NCBI GenBank assembly: GCA_008632985.1 | Contig: QPGO01000258.1 | Coordinates: forward strand, 20,166 to 84,165 | Source: Psammoneis japonica | Lineage: Eukaryota | Length of the DNA stretch: 64,000 nucleotides | Direction: 5' to 3' | Shown: positions 12,305-25,887 of the stretch, piece after piece | Numbering within the stretch: the stretch's first letter is position 1 | How the letters are laid out: each line of letters starts with the position of its first letter | Notes under the pieces: generated by a model | Told to the model about the DNA's origin: nothing | Database searches by the model: none | Seen by the model: the letters and a program-made list of their open reading frames with translations, nothing else | Position numbers and translations under genes: made by a program

Positions 12305-14641
12305 GGTGTTTGTTTCTTCGCTCAAAGTGAGGAGACAAAAGAAAAAATGAGTGGGTTCTGCGAACAGCTCAGCACCTATTTGACTCCATCGACTAAAAAT
12401 CTACAGCACAACTTCGTCGTTGAATCTGCGACCCCAGTCATCTTCGATGGACTGGACCTTTCATGCTGGAACCAAAAACTGCATTGTTTCCTTTCTCTGC
12501 ACTTGACTGGAGGCAGTCAATCTGGTGGAGCAAGATGATGACATGCTGGACATAGATGGTCATGGTGAAAACTCACTCCTCTCTTGTGGATGTTTGCACA
12601 ATGCAACATGTGTGTGAAAAATCAAAAGATGCACTTTCAGCTTAAATTTGCCTTCGTTCCAGATCCCCTTTCTGGCTCCCGGCATCATGAGAAGGCCCAC
12701 ACAATCAACAGGAGAAAAATGCTCCTGCTGCATCTTTGGCCTTTCTGTGACATCACAAAATCATTGCAGACATGTTGATGTTGCTGCGCTGTCTCCAACA
12801 TTTTCACACTTGTTAAAAAACTCAGCAGATGAGTTCACAATTGTTGTTTTGTGCAAGACTGATGAGACCTGTCTAAGAGCTGAGTCCATCTGAAGCAAGA
12901 CCATTGTGTGGGACTTGTTTCTGCACAATTGTGCAAGACTTTTTTTGTTTTTTGTTTTGCAGCCAGTTTCCCATGAAACACTTCTTGTTGCAAGCATTTG
13001 TGAGCAAGATGTTCCAAATGCATCTGGAACAAAACAGTCACAACTTTCACTGAGCAATCATTTGACCCACCAAACTGTCTCTCCAGTGGCCCCAATTGTC
13101 TTGAATTGTCAGGCTGACAGCTCAAAAAGACACAAACACACACACAGGAGGAAGAAACAAAGGGGGGGAGCAACATCTTTGCAGCATTTGGTTGAAAACA
13201 GCAGTGACAACATCAGGCAATTTTTTGCATGGTGACAGAGTGATGATGACAGGAATCAGGAACCATGCATCACTGGGGTTGTTGCTGGCAGCAGGGAAAG
13301 CCAGGGATGACACAAAACAGATGAGCGTGCATTGCCAGCAGCATGTCAGCAACAAGTTTGGGGGGAACTGGACCCAGCAACAAGAGGGCAGTTGCTCTCC
13401 AGCAGCAAGCAGTGTGTGACACTCAGGCAGAACTGCTTCTTTGTGCCAGCAACAACTGGTGTGCTGGGCATCAGCAGCATGGCTGCAGGCATGCTCAGAC
13501 ACATTGCCAGAGTTGCAAGGAATGTGACTGCCCAAAATTTGCACCAGCAAACTTGCACAACTGCTGGTGTTCTCACAAGCTTTGCCCTGGCTGCCTCCAG
13601 CTGCTCCTTGTGCAGTGTGCTGGCATCCCACAGAACCTGGGTTGTTTGTCAAATGACCAGACTGGACTTGCACAAGTGCTTTTTAACTCTCAATGAAAAA
13701 GAAAGCACTGTGTTGAGGTGGTTTGGACAATGTGCACAAAATGGGTGCCCACATGTGCCTCAAGCCCCCCCCCCCGCTGTGCTGGCAATGCACATCATGG
13801 CTTCATTGCTTCACTCACATCTGTTTCATTTCAGGATTGTGGGCATGACATCAGTGTTCATTGTGCCCCATGTCTCAACAATGGTTGAGCCTCTGCAAGA
13901 TTTTCCACAAAGTCACCACACCAAAAGGTGTGGGCATGCACAGCTGTCTTGTGTGGAGTGAAACATTTTCTGAGTGTGCATGACCAGTGCAATTGCTGCA
14001 CGGCACCACCAGGTGCACACTCTCCTGTTTCAACTGGCCCAGAAAATGAGATGCAGACAAGTGCCACATGTTTGTGAAGCAACAAGTTTCTTTTTTGAGG
14101 CACTGTTTGCTCCCAATGCCACGGCTCTAACAAGAGCATACAGAGATGCAAAAAGGCACTCACAATGGGAGATGCAATGGTGGTGGGTGTCACAAGTTGC
14201 CACACAACTGGTGCATGCATTGCAATCATGGCAATTGCAGCTGCAATGGCATGCTGGCATTTAGGATTTGACACAAATTCTGGAAGCTGGAAGCTGACTT
14301 GACTTTTTCATCCTCAATTGTGTGCGTCAATCTCAAATTTGTTTTTGGAAGTGCTGCAGTGGTGACAATGTGTCATCTGACACTTGGTTCCTTTTCTAAA
14401 TTGTTGTGCAATGCCCAATGAGTTTGCATTGTGCAGTGGACTCCTCTGTCCTCTTTGGTGTCCTCAGACTCATTTTTTAGACACAAGACACCACCACTCA
14501 GGTTCATCACACATGCAACCCTCCACCATGATCAACACAACACCTCCTTGTCTTATTCCAGCTTTGCAGACTTGTTAAAAGCACATGTCATGAGTGAACA
14601 GATGGCATTTGAGGATTGAAACAACACCAAAAGTCTGGTTT

Positions 14642-15620
14642 TTAAGTGCTGCTGTGCTTCCACCCCACAACTCTGACAACAAGCTGACCCACACCCCCAG
14701 CACACAAACAGTGCAGCAGGAGCATGAGAGACAACTTGCCAGATTTGGTGTCACCAGTGGGCAGTGCACTGAAACAACTTGCAATTGTCCTTGTGCATCT
14801 GGCAGCCAAACATTTGGCTTCTTTGATGCCAGACTTGAACATGGGTTTGACCATGGCCAACCAACTGCAAAGACAGTGAGCAGAGTGGTTGGTGTGTTCT
14901 TCAACCAAATCCATGAGATGCACTCTGTCCTTTGCCAGGCAGTCATCCATTTGTGAATGAAAAGCTTTCACTTCCACCTCTGCATCACGATGCTGCAAAG
15001 ACTTCCTCATTTCAGAATCATGGCCATGTGCAGCACAGTCATGGGAATCCCACAACTCCCGCCAATGCTCCCAAGTGCAATTGCCCACAGTGGCAGTGGC
15101 AGCATGCATTTCTTGTGGATTCAGTGTGTGCATCTGTGTTGGCATTGCCAGAGGTCAATCACAACCAGTTGCAAGCACAATCAACCTTGTCACTTGCTTT
15201 GAATGACTCCTCTTTGTCCAAATCCTCAGTGCCCAACAACAGATTGGACAAACCAAACTGGGCTTTCTTTTGCACTGTGGAGCCAGATGCCAATGGCAAC
15301 ATGTCAAGAAACAAAAAGAAGAAAAGTCACCGCTGTGACACTTGCTCCCAATGTCTTGGATTGCTGTCCCAAGAGTCAAGATGATGTGGGCCGGAGCTCC
15401 CAAAGCACATTCATTCTTTTTGCTTTCCAAATGAATGCAATGAGTCTCCAGACAAAATGTTGCAAGCATTGTGGACCATGGTGTTGACATTGAGCAAGGA
15501 ACATCACTTGTGTGCGCTGCCATTCTTGCAAGAACATGGAGGTGCAAGCCACAAATCACAGTCACATGACAAGAAGTGCCTGATGAAAAAGCCAAAACAA
15601 GGCACTGTGCATTGGCCAAA
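14642..15620 (-). mobile_element. Possible decayed 3' end of a non-LTR retrotransposon ORF
   Basis: WEHWRELWDSHDCAAHG resembles the W..W..LW..RN...HG motif near the C-terminus of LINE-type ORF2 proteins once CG/TA decay is allowed for; no RT core recognised. Confidence 0.3.
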
Positions 15621-18600
15621 ATGTCTGGTGTAACACTTTTGCATTGCTCATGCTTTCATGGTTTTTGAGTGTGTTTTTGCAGCAACTGCACAACCTGGCT
15701 GCAAGAAATGAAGAGTCACCACTTCCATTGGAATGGCACATTGCACACTTCTTTTGTCAAGACATTCTGCCCCCATCTCTTGCCACACATGCAGAATGCC
15801 TTCAGGTGCCACTCAAGAACAATGCAGTGGCTTCATTGTGGCTGCTGTTTTCTGCTGTTTTGAGCTTGTCAAACATCTTGGTAATTTGGGGGACACTGTA
15901 ATGAGAAGAATGCATTGGCTTGTGCTCACAGTGTTGATCTTCACTCCTCCCACCCATGACCAAAGCCTTGTCAAGTCTGCTTGCCCCATTTGAGTTGCAA
16001 GGATTGCACATCCCAGTGTTGCCATCACAAATGAAATTGGGTGGTCTTTCTTGATGCAGCTGCTCCACACATGGCAGGCATTGATGGTTGATGGGGTGAT
16101 GCACCTTTTCTGGTTTTTTGCACAAGACAATGACACATGGTTGCATGCTGTCTTTTGGGGTTGTTCTTGTTGCTGTTTGCACCCCACAAGACACATGTGG
16201 GAGCCAATGGAGAATTTGATCTAGGAGGCTTTGACAAGTCAATGCCAAGTCTCTCAAAAGCAGGTGTGCAGCTCTTGCCAGCAAAGCCAGAAACTCCATC
16301 ATTCAAAGGCTTCCTCATTGCAATGGGGTCAAATGAGCCAAATGGAGCAGCCTGTTTGTTTGACCAACACAATGGTTTTCAAAAGGAAAATGACACATTG
16401 TTCAACTCGTTGGCAAGAAAATGCACTGAGAAACCATCCCTGCATTGCCCTTGCTTTGTGGAGCAGGGACAGGCTGAATGCATTGCTGTGCAAGCTGGAC
16501 ATTGCAGCTGAGGGGTTTGCAGCGGAAGCCCCTGTCACCACACAAATGGCTTTCTCTTGGCACATTGAAACAAGATGAATCACTGCACAGCAGTCTAAGA
16601 GCTTGTGGCCTTGTCAATGCCAAAGACATCTCACTTTGCTTGGTGCTTCATTGTGCTGGTCAACAAGCCCACAATGCATGTCTGCCAATGTGCAACATGG
16701 GGAAAGTGCACTGAATGTTTCGCGCATCAGTGGTGAGGGGAGTGGGCTCTGTGGAAGCAACGCTGAATTCCATTGTGGAGAATGGCTCCAAAAAAGACAA
16801 TGTTCATTGTGAACAAACCCAACATCAGTTTTGGCCTCTGATGTTTCCACCAGGATGGAGCCAAACACTCTGTGAGCAGCCAAATGAAAGAGCATGCAAA
16901 CATCTTGTGAAGTCAAAAATGATGAGTTGGGCTCATTGGATTTTCTGTGAGATTCTCTGGCACAGTTTTTGCACATTGATGAATGATGCCTGATGCAACA
17001 ACAAGTGGCCATCATCTTGCTTGCCACACAATTTCAAGTTTTGTTGCAACAAACACTGTTGTTGCCAAGAATCTGTCCTCGTTGATGCCCCCCCCCCCCC
17101 CCCCCACATTGTGATTGCTCTTCTTCTTTGGTGTCAAGTGTGCAGCGCTGTTTTAGACATCACAGAGCCACCAGGCAGTTGCCTCAATCTCCAAGTGATT
17201 GATGAAAGGAGAAGCTCTTGCCACTTGCTTTTGTCTCCCATGACAGCAATCTTCAGAAGATTCACATGTTGGTCCACAATTTTTCAAAAGCTTCTCCATG
17301 AAGCCTTGTGGCTTTTGTTGCCTTGCAAGGTCACCACCGCTGCATGCCAAATTTCCCTCTTGCTGGGAATTTTGGATGCTTCAGAGAAAAAATGAGCAGA
17401 ATCTGAAGGACATGTCAATTTGGCCAATGAGATGCACAGGGACACAAAACAGAAGAGGTGATGAGCATTGGAGACAAGGTCAATTTTTTTAAAATCTTGG
17501 TGCTTTTGGTGGCACTGGCAACATGATGAACTTTGGCTCCATGTGTTGCATCTTGTTTCAGCAGGTGAGGGCTGTGTTTTCTGAAATGACTTTGAGACCT
17601 GTCAACACCTCCAATGTGATGACTGCAGAGTGGCAGAGGGTTGAGCTGTGCAGGGTGCACCAAAAATGGGGTTGTTGTTCCGTGCATCAGTGGTCAGTGT
17701 GTTTGGCATCAGCAGCCTCAGATGGCTCCAGGGCTGATGTCACCATTGCTCCCCAGGAGGCAAAGGTTGTGGAGGAGGTTGATGGCTGCTGAGTCATGAC
17801 AGCTGACAACTGGCAGTGTAAAGAGCACAGGCCAGGAGGGTTCATGGGTGGCACAGCTTTGGTCAACAGAGCAAGGTAGCATGCCCCAGACATGTCAACC
17901 TTGTTGAAGAGACTTGCGGGCTGAGTCTTAAAACATTTGATGGTTGACATCATGAGCCCATGGCAAAGGATCAGTGCAGCATCTTCACATGACTTGTGGT
18001 GAGGCCCACAAATCTCAACAACATTTTCTTCCTTGTTGAGCTTCTTCTTGCTCTTGAGATCATCTGCAGGTCCAGTTTGCTGCTGCACTGTGGACTTCAG
18101 TTGTTCATGCTGTGCAAGCCAGCCACATGGCTGGTGCATCATGCTGCAAAGTGAATCTGCAGAATGAAGTGCTGTCATTGGCACAAAGACTTTGGCAGCT
18201 GACACAAATGTGAAAAGAAGCAACATGCACTCCTTCTGCTTAAATTGTGTTTGATGCATGTTTTGAAAACCAACCATTTCTTTGCTCATGCTGCATGGAG
18301 CTGCACATCAATCACGACATTCAAAAATTCAACTGTTGCTTGAGTTTGGACAAATCCATTGAGAGTGCATGCAAGCTTTTGGCATCAAGAACATGTGAGG
18401 CTGTGCACTCCGCCTCCACCACAAATTCTCTTGTTTTGGTCTTGTTTGTCATTTGCAAGTTGGTTGAAAGCAACTCGGCTGACAGGCCCTTTTCTGTTGA
18501 CCATTTGGAAATGCTGGCCAGTGCACCAGGTTTGGAAAAATGCAAACAAGAGAAAGCATCATGAGAGTTTGCAAAACAGTGGCAACAACAAAACAAACAC

Positions 18601-19739
18601 CCTTTTCCAAAACCAAGCTTGACTTGCCTGTCTGCCCCAATGCACTTGGCACAAATTCCCATGACAGCTCAATTGCAAGTTCCATTCATTCATCCAGCTG
18701 TTCATTCATTCAAGTTGGTGGCACATGTGTCCAACAGCTTTGGCGCTTTCTCATTCACAACACTGTCAATGAGTGTGGTTGCCAACACAATGCCACAAAA
18801 GTGTGTGGACAGAGAGCTGTTGCTGCACAGGCACAGCAAACAAATGGCAGTGCAAGTGTGCAACAAACCCACAAAGCAGCAAGGAGAGCATGCAAGACAG
18901 GTTTAAAATGACATGCAATGTGCAAAAAGAATGTGCCGTGTGCACAACAAAACCAGCCAACTTCTGTGCAGGGCATCGCATGCCTTTCTGCAATGACTCA
19001 CTGCCGTGGCACCCTGCCCTTTCTTTGCTCTGTTTGTTGCAGCTGTGGCAAATGCATCCAGCCCCCAGTCACATGCAGACTCTCCACATTGTAAAACTTG
19101 GACAATGCAACAGAAAATGAAGAAGCCCACAGAACAAAAAGCAAAGTGTGTCTTTGCCATGAAGCTGAGCATGCGCCCATTCTGGACACTTGCTTCATGC
19201 AAAGACGCTGTGAAGCAGCTCCACACCCAGATGCACAGAATGGTTCTGCAGACAAATCAACATGCGCAGCATCACTTTCTGTCTTCTCATCACAACCTGA
19301 GTGAGCATTTCTTCCTTTGAACTTGTCTTGGCTTTTGCTGCACTTTGGTTGTTTGCCACACATGGAGGATTGTTCACAGCATGGAGCGGATGGCTTGGGC
19401 AGACAGTGGGAAGAAGGGGAGTCATCAATGCCAGAGAGGTGCAAGCTGAGAGCAGTCGGCAATTTGGCAAGTTGATTGTCCAAAATGACCTTCAAGACAC
19501 ACAGAAAATGTGCTGAAACTTGTGCAGACTTGTCGGCACACAGAAGGATGGCCAATGCATGCCAAGTTGGTGTCATCTTCAAACTTCTGAAAACAGCAAC
19601 AATGGGAGAACATTCACCATGTGAAAGAGGAAACTCAAATGGACAATGGGGAGAAGGAGGGTTGTTGATGCTTGAGAGGTGTGAAGAGAGAGCAATTGGA
19701 AGTTTGATGAGTTGCAGACAACATGCTGCACAACTCAAG

Positions 19740-20255
19740 TCAACCATGGGGTGGTTGCAGTGGCAGCAACATTTAACACCAAGTGCAAGAAACACCTGGA
19801 GAGCATGTTAAAACATCATTGTGATCACAAGGTGGGCATCCTGAAGAAAGATGTCTCCCCATTCAATGCCTTTGATCATCTTTCATCATCTGAACTCTTC
19901 ACTCAATTTCTTTGTTTCTTCTGCATCCGACATGACAGCAAATGTTTTGAAGGTCTAAAGTGGAGTGCATCATGCAGGTGCCCATGACTTGGACAATGCA
20001 CTCAACCAAGGTGACACAGAAAGGCATGAGCTCTTTCTTTGGCAGTGTTTTCAATGCCAAAAACACAAGCAAGCATGGCAACCCTTGCTTGTCATGATCA
20101 TTTGCAACAATCAAATTGTCCAAATGTCCACATTGAACCATCCAGAAGTTTCAATGTGTGGCTCAAATGACACCCTTCAATGCCAAATGAGACAATCCCG
20201 GGCACTTGTCAATGATTTGTGCAAGTTCCTGAGGAGCCGCAAGCAGTTGGACCTG
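19740..20255 (+). repeat. ~510-bp dispersed direct repeat, copy A
   Basis: Collinear with 21635-22148 (e.g. CAACATTTAACACCAAGTGCAAGAAA ... GCAAGTTCCTGAGGAGCCGCAAGCAGTTGGACCT). Confidence 0.9.
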
Positions 20256-21634
20256 GGATTGCAGAAGTGCATAGAAGATGTGGCACAATCAAAGGAAATT
20301 TTGCAACTCCCCCCCGCCCCGCTGCAGCAATGCCTGCGGTGCTCCTTGACAGCTGAAAACAATGATGTCACATCCCAGTGACAGGAATGGTGCATGGGGC
20401 AGAGAGCCATTGTGCAACAACAACAACCACTGAAGAGAAGAATGCCAACCAAGAGTGGAAGGAAAGTCCTGACCACAGGAAGAAGACAAGACAAAGGGGT
20501 GAGAACCACAGATTGAACCAGTGTTCAACAATGCTGCCATGACGCGATTCTTCATGTGGCGCACCATGGGTGCTGCCATGGTGAGAGAAGAAAAACCCAT
20601 CTCTGAGTGGGGGGCAATTTGTGTTTGGCAAATTGAAGAATGTGGGTCCGGCTCATTTCCATGCAGGTTTTGGGTTCATTGCATTTGGGATTCCATCACA
20701 TTTGGTGGGGGCAGTCACACTGGCATGCTTCATTGCATTCATTGACAACAATGCAGGTTGACAACTCGGCGGTGCACCACCAAAATTTCTGGCCCCTTTG
20801 CATTTTTCGTGTGCTCCACCAACATTTCTGAGCTTCGTCCATGTCCTTTTAATCCACCTGCTGGTCTGTCAACAGTTGATTCTGTTTGTTTTCATTTTTG
20901 CATGTTGTTGCCAAACATCTGTTTGAACAACAACAACGTGTTGCTGTGCCTCTGGGAAATGCAAATGTCAATGTTTTTGATGTCGTCATCATTGTTGTTG
21001 CCCACCTGCAGCTGATGGCTGTCATTTTCTTGAGTCTCTTTGTCCCATCCATGCACTCCCAGAACTCCTTTGACCAAGCTTCACTGCACTCATCTGCATC
21101 CTTGCTCAAGAATCTCCAACACTCATGAGTCCGTTCTCCCAATTCTTTTCATCTCTCTGGTCCTTTCTTGTTCCAACCCTGACTCACTTGGCTGCCAGAA
21201 TGAGCCCCTCATCTTTTGCGTTTTGCACTGCATGCATGTCCACTTTTGCCAGTTGTTCTCCAAAGTTAGCAGGCCAAATGCCAACCAGTTCAAGCAATGT
21301 TTTGACTTGAGCTGATGCTTCCACATTGTCTTTCCCACTGCTGTTGGCAGGAAATGCAGGACAAAACAGCTGTGGGCTAAAATGTCGTCCCTTTTCTCCA
21401 GCATTTCATCCAGAAAGGGCATCTTGGCATTTTTCCTGCTTGCGCATGTTTCTCTTCTCATGATCCATGTGCCCAGTGCACTCACAACACACCAAGCAAC
21501 ACCTGTTGGCAGTTTTCCAGCACCCCACATGTTGATGCAGTGCTTGTGAAAGTGTTCTTTCTTCAGTTCCCTGCTGAAATGCTCAAAACCCACAAATCAA
21601 GTTTTCTTCTTTCTAAGTGCAGACAACAACCACA

Positions 21635-22148
21635 AGGTTGGTTGTGGCAGTGGCAACATTTAACACCAAGTGCAAGAAATGCCTGGAGAGCATGTCAAAA
21701 CGTCATTGTGATCACAAGGTGGGTGTCCCAAAGAAAGATGTCTTCATTCAATGCCTTTGATCATCATCTGAACTCTTCACTCAATTTCTTTGTTTCTTCT
21801 GCATCTCACATGACAGCAAATGTTTTGAAAGTCCAAAGCAGAGTGCACTGTGCAGGCATTCATGACTTGGACAAAATGTGTTTGATTGAGATGACACAGA
21901 AAGGCATGAGCTCTTTCTTTGGCAGTGTTTTCCATGTAAAAAAAAAACAAAAGCAACAAGCACAGCAACCCTTGCTTGTCATGATCATTTGTTGCAATCA
22001 AATCGTCCAAATGTCTGCATTGAACCATCCAAAAGTTTCAATCTGTGGCTCAAACAACACCCTTCAATGCCAAATGAGACAACCCCGGGCAGTTGCCAGG
22101 TGTCAACAATTTGTGCAAGTTCCTGAGGAGCCGCAAGCAGTTGGACCT
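21635..22148 (+). repeat. ~510-bp dispersed direct repeat, copy B
   Basis: Collinear with 19740-20255. Confidence 0.9.
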
Positions 22149-22199
22149 CAAATCCTGCAAATGAGCCAGCTCCAACCAAATTGATTCAGAGCACAGCTT

Positions 22200-24460
22200 G
22201 AAATGTTCACATTGTCTGGGGAGAGGCGTTGTCAAGCGGACAATGCTTCTAAGATCAGGATCAAACTGTAGAAAATGCCACCAGTGACTGGCAGTTGACA
22301 ACAGCTGGCCGGAACCCTTTTGACTGACACCCATTTTTGTCATTTTGAGTGCACGGAATGATGTGTGGTTTGTCAACAACACAGATTGAAGGCTTTGCAA
22401 CAGTGCAGAAAGCATCTGACACACAGAAGGACATTGCACATGACCAACAACAAGAGTCAACAAGCACAATTGGCAACATTGAAGCCCAACAGTGGGATTC
22501 ACCCGGAGCTTGTTGTGTGCAGGCAGCTCTCTCTGCAAGGCTCCAAGTGCCAGAAATCATTGCTGCAATGATGAGAAACAGGGTGATTTGACAAATTGGT
22601 GTGGCCTGGTGCTGTTGACAGCCAATTGTGATGCCACGACCTTGAGGATGTGCAACATGCCATGACAGTTTGAACTGGCAAACTCTGGCATGCCAAAAAA
22701 ATCCTGCACCAATGTCCATTTCTTCGCTGCAATGCCCAGCCCAGTTCACCCGTCATTGTTGTTGAACAGTGCAGTTGTTGAAATGGGACAAAGCAACCAA
22801 GAAAGACAAACAATGCCCCAAGAGTCCTTGCACCACCGGCCACAACAAGTGCAGTCATCATGTGAAACAGCAGGACGATGAAAACACTCACAACAACCCC
22901 CTTGCTGTTGCACCATGCCCTGTGAGTGTCACTTGCACACAAGAGAAGTCTAAGATGTTGATGAAAACAGTTGAAGTCACATGTGTCCTTTGCAAACTTG
23001 ATCATGCTTTCTCAAGTTGCTCCCCAAAGGTGGCATCCAAGTCCGGCTTCCAAAAAGACGTTCCAGACTCACAATTGTCTGTTCAAACATCTGCGAGCAT
23101 CGTTCACATTGTGAACAAGATGCAATGCCACACCCAAGGTGCATGTTGTCCACACTTTTTTTGCTCCACTCACAAGTGTGGATCTCAACCATGCAAAGCT
23201 GGAAACCCACCCATCTTCCAAAAGGAAACAAGACCGAGCCTGAGTGATGCAAAGCCACATGAAAACAATGCATTGAGTGACATTCATGCCATTTTAAAGA
23301 GACTGTGGCAACAAGCAATTTGTTCATGCTTGCCTGGGTTGTTTGTTGTCTGGGTGCTGCACTCAACAAGCACATCACGGAAATGATTTCACAGCTGCTG
23401 CATTGGTCAAAGACAGGTTCTTGCTCTGCAAGTGGCAAAGTGCAGCACACAGAGAAAACACTTGTGTGAGCCACACAGGCAACTTAAACAAAGGCAGAGA
23501 TCTGACAAATGGAAGGAAAAAAAAAACACGAAACTGCTCTTGACAAGTGTTTTAAAAATGTGGACAGAATGAGCCACACAGGTGGCTTAAAATGAGAAAA
23601 AATGTGTGTTTGTTGTGTGCCAAGAAACAAAATTAACAATTGTGTGTGTTTAAGATCTGTGGATGCAATTAGCCAGCATGTGAAAATTTCAACACTTAAA
23701 AAGTTGTGCTCTTGTCAAGCACAGAAACATGTTGCAGATGCAGAGGAAGGAGAGAGGCCACACACACAAGCACCAGTGGTGACAGGCTGGCTGCTTGCAC
23801 AGGAAAGGGAGACATGAGTTGTTGAGTTGGGGCAAAGGGTTGGACCAAGAGCAAGCAGCACAAGACAGAAAAAACATCATCAATGCAAGGGGAGTTGGAG
23901 CCAATTGCAAGCAGCCCAAACTGGGCATTGCTTGGTGGAACAAAGGGTCTCCATGTTTGTTGTCATGAGCACGAGTGGTGTCAAAAGTGGGTTTGCATTC
24001 TAGTTCAGCAGCAGCGGTGCTTGTTGGAAAGTGTCATCAGATCAGCCTGTGGTTGCACCATGACAAAAAAGAAGAATTTTTGGCCCAATCAGCTGGCGGT
24101 CACAGCAATTTGTCTGTCTGCCCATCAAACAGGTTGTGTCCATGCCCCCATGTTGTGCCCTCTGTCTTTTGATGGCTTTTGCTCTGTCACTGACAAAGGA
24201 CCCATTTTGATTTTACAGCAGGTTTGCAAATCTTGTGTCCATTTCTTTTCTGCTTGCAAACCAGCTCCCAAAAATTGCATGAACAATGTCCACAGGAAGG
24301 AAAATGTTGCATGGGTTGGATTCAATCCTCATCATGTCACAACTGGTCTCCTGCTGCATGCAACCAAGGTGAAACAATCCATCCTGACAAAAAGGATGAT
24401 GAGTCCACAAACAAGTTGAAAATGATTGGCTTGGAGCAAAAAAGCATGTGATGGCTTCAT
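22200..24460 (-). mobile_element. Possible decayed Plavaka/CACTA-like transposase relic
   Basis: Minus-strand fragments in plausible order: LVCGLIILFV..D, NPTHATFSFL, LALMMFF, LGVALHLVH, KGSGQLL...HWWHF. Resemblance only, heavily mutated. Confidence 0.25.
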
Positions 24461-25887
24461 CAGATTACTTGTTGCTGTGCGGGGGGGCATCTGGGCTTTT
24501 TGTCCAGTGCACACATTGTTGGAAAATGAGCTCAGGACGGAGCTTGGAACAAAACACATGTGCACATGCCCCCTTGAAGGTCTTTGGTGGTGAGAGCCCT
24601 TGTGGCTGCACACCCCTTGCTTGAGCAAACTGTGTGGCAGAGTGGCTTGTGTGTTGCAAACATCTGTCTTGTGGCATTTGAGTCAACAAGAGGCTTGGAT
24701 CTTGGACATTGATGTGTTTGGCATCCAACAAGGCTGCAAACACTCTGGGCAATGGGCTTGTGAGATGGTCACTTCGGTTTCTTGTGATTCTGATGAGAGT
24801 TGGTGCATTTGCTTCCTTTGTCTGCATCTGCCATGTTTGGAGCCACAAGTCTTTTTGTTGCTGTCACCTGCACACTTTCGCTTGTTGCATTGACATGACG
24901 TCCAAAGACAGCTCTTCCACAGACAGACTTGACCACTTTCTTGTCAAACATTCAAGAGGACCCTGCAAAGACATGTTGATTCCAGCACAATGTTGGCCAC
25001 CAAAGAAGCGTTGCCATTGACCAGACTGCAAGTTCAGCGCTGCTGCTTTCTGAGGCCTGAAACAATTGATTGACCAGGGGCACATCTGCGGACACTGCGC
25101 AAGAGTTCCAATGTGACCACAAGAATGGATGGAGCCCTTTAGAACAGAAAGAAGCAAGAGGGCCCTCTCTCTAAAGAGAGGGCCATTGCAAAAGCATTTG
25201 CAGAAGTTCTGAGTGTGTCAAGTCCCTGCTTGAAATGCGATGGTGATTCGTTCGTGCTGGGTGCTGACAACAGGTGACGTCTCTGATCCCTGAGTCAACA
25301 GAACAGCCACATGATTGGCTATTCATTCAATGCTCTGCAATTGACTTTTTGTCTTGTTCAAACCCCATTTTGAAGAGTGTGCAATTCGAAGCATCAGCTT
25401 GTTTTTGCACACTTTCTAAGCCAAGCCAAACAAACAGAACCTTCCTTGCTGTCTGGAGCAAATGCTCCAGAGATTTGCCAATGAGAGTGCCTGGCAATGT
25501 CCTTGGAGCCTTTTTACAGCAGAATGATCCGCTCACAGACAATGCATCATTGTCATGTTCATGCCATGCCATCCCTTCTGCTTTTTTGTCAATCTTCAAT
25601 CTGTTGATTTTTCTTTTTGTTGTGCCAATTTTAGCTTTTCCATCCTTTTTTATTTTCGTCACACATTTGACCAAAATAAGAATAATGTCAAGCGAAGGAC
25701 AGACAGACATTTCCTGCGCTTTCTTTTGCAAGAACGCACTCCCGGCTTGGAAGCAACTCGCAACAAAAATAAGATTCTGACACTGACAGCAAAGCAATCA
25801 TCAGTCATCATCATTGAATTCTCAATCAAGAGAAGCTTGCCCCGAAAGTCACAATATTTTTCGTATTGATCATTCTTTTATCAAACA

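Larger units (their letters stand above)
12430..25800. other. TpA/CpG-depleted hypermutated domain 2 (decayed repeats and transposon relics)
   Basis: Very few TA or CG over ~13 kb; ORFs in all frames are nearly Tyr-free and Cys/His/Gln/Trp-rich. Confidence 0.9.

Noticed and set aside
12430..25800. Dense overlapping 60-290 aa ORFs in all six frames (also in the other depleted domains)
   Set aside because: Artefact of TA loss, which removes TAA/TAG stops and Tyr codons; products are Cys/His/Trp-rich with no intact domains.
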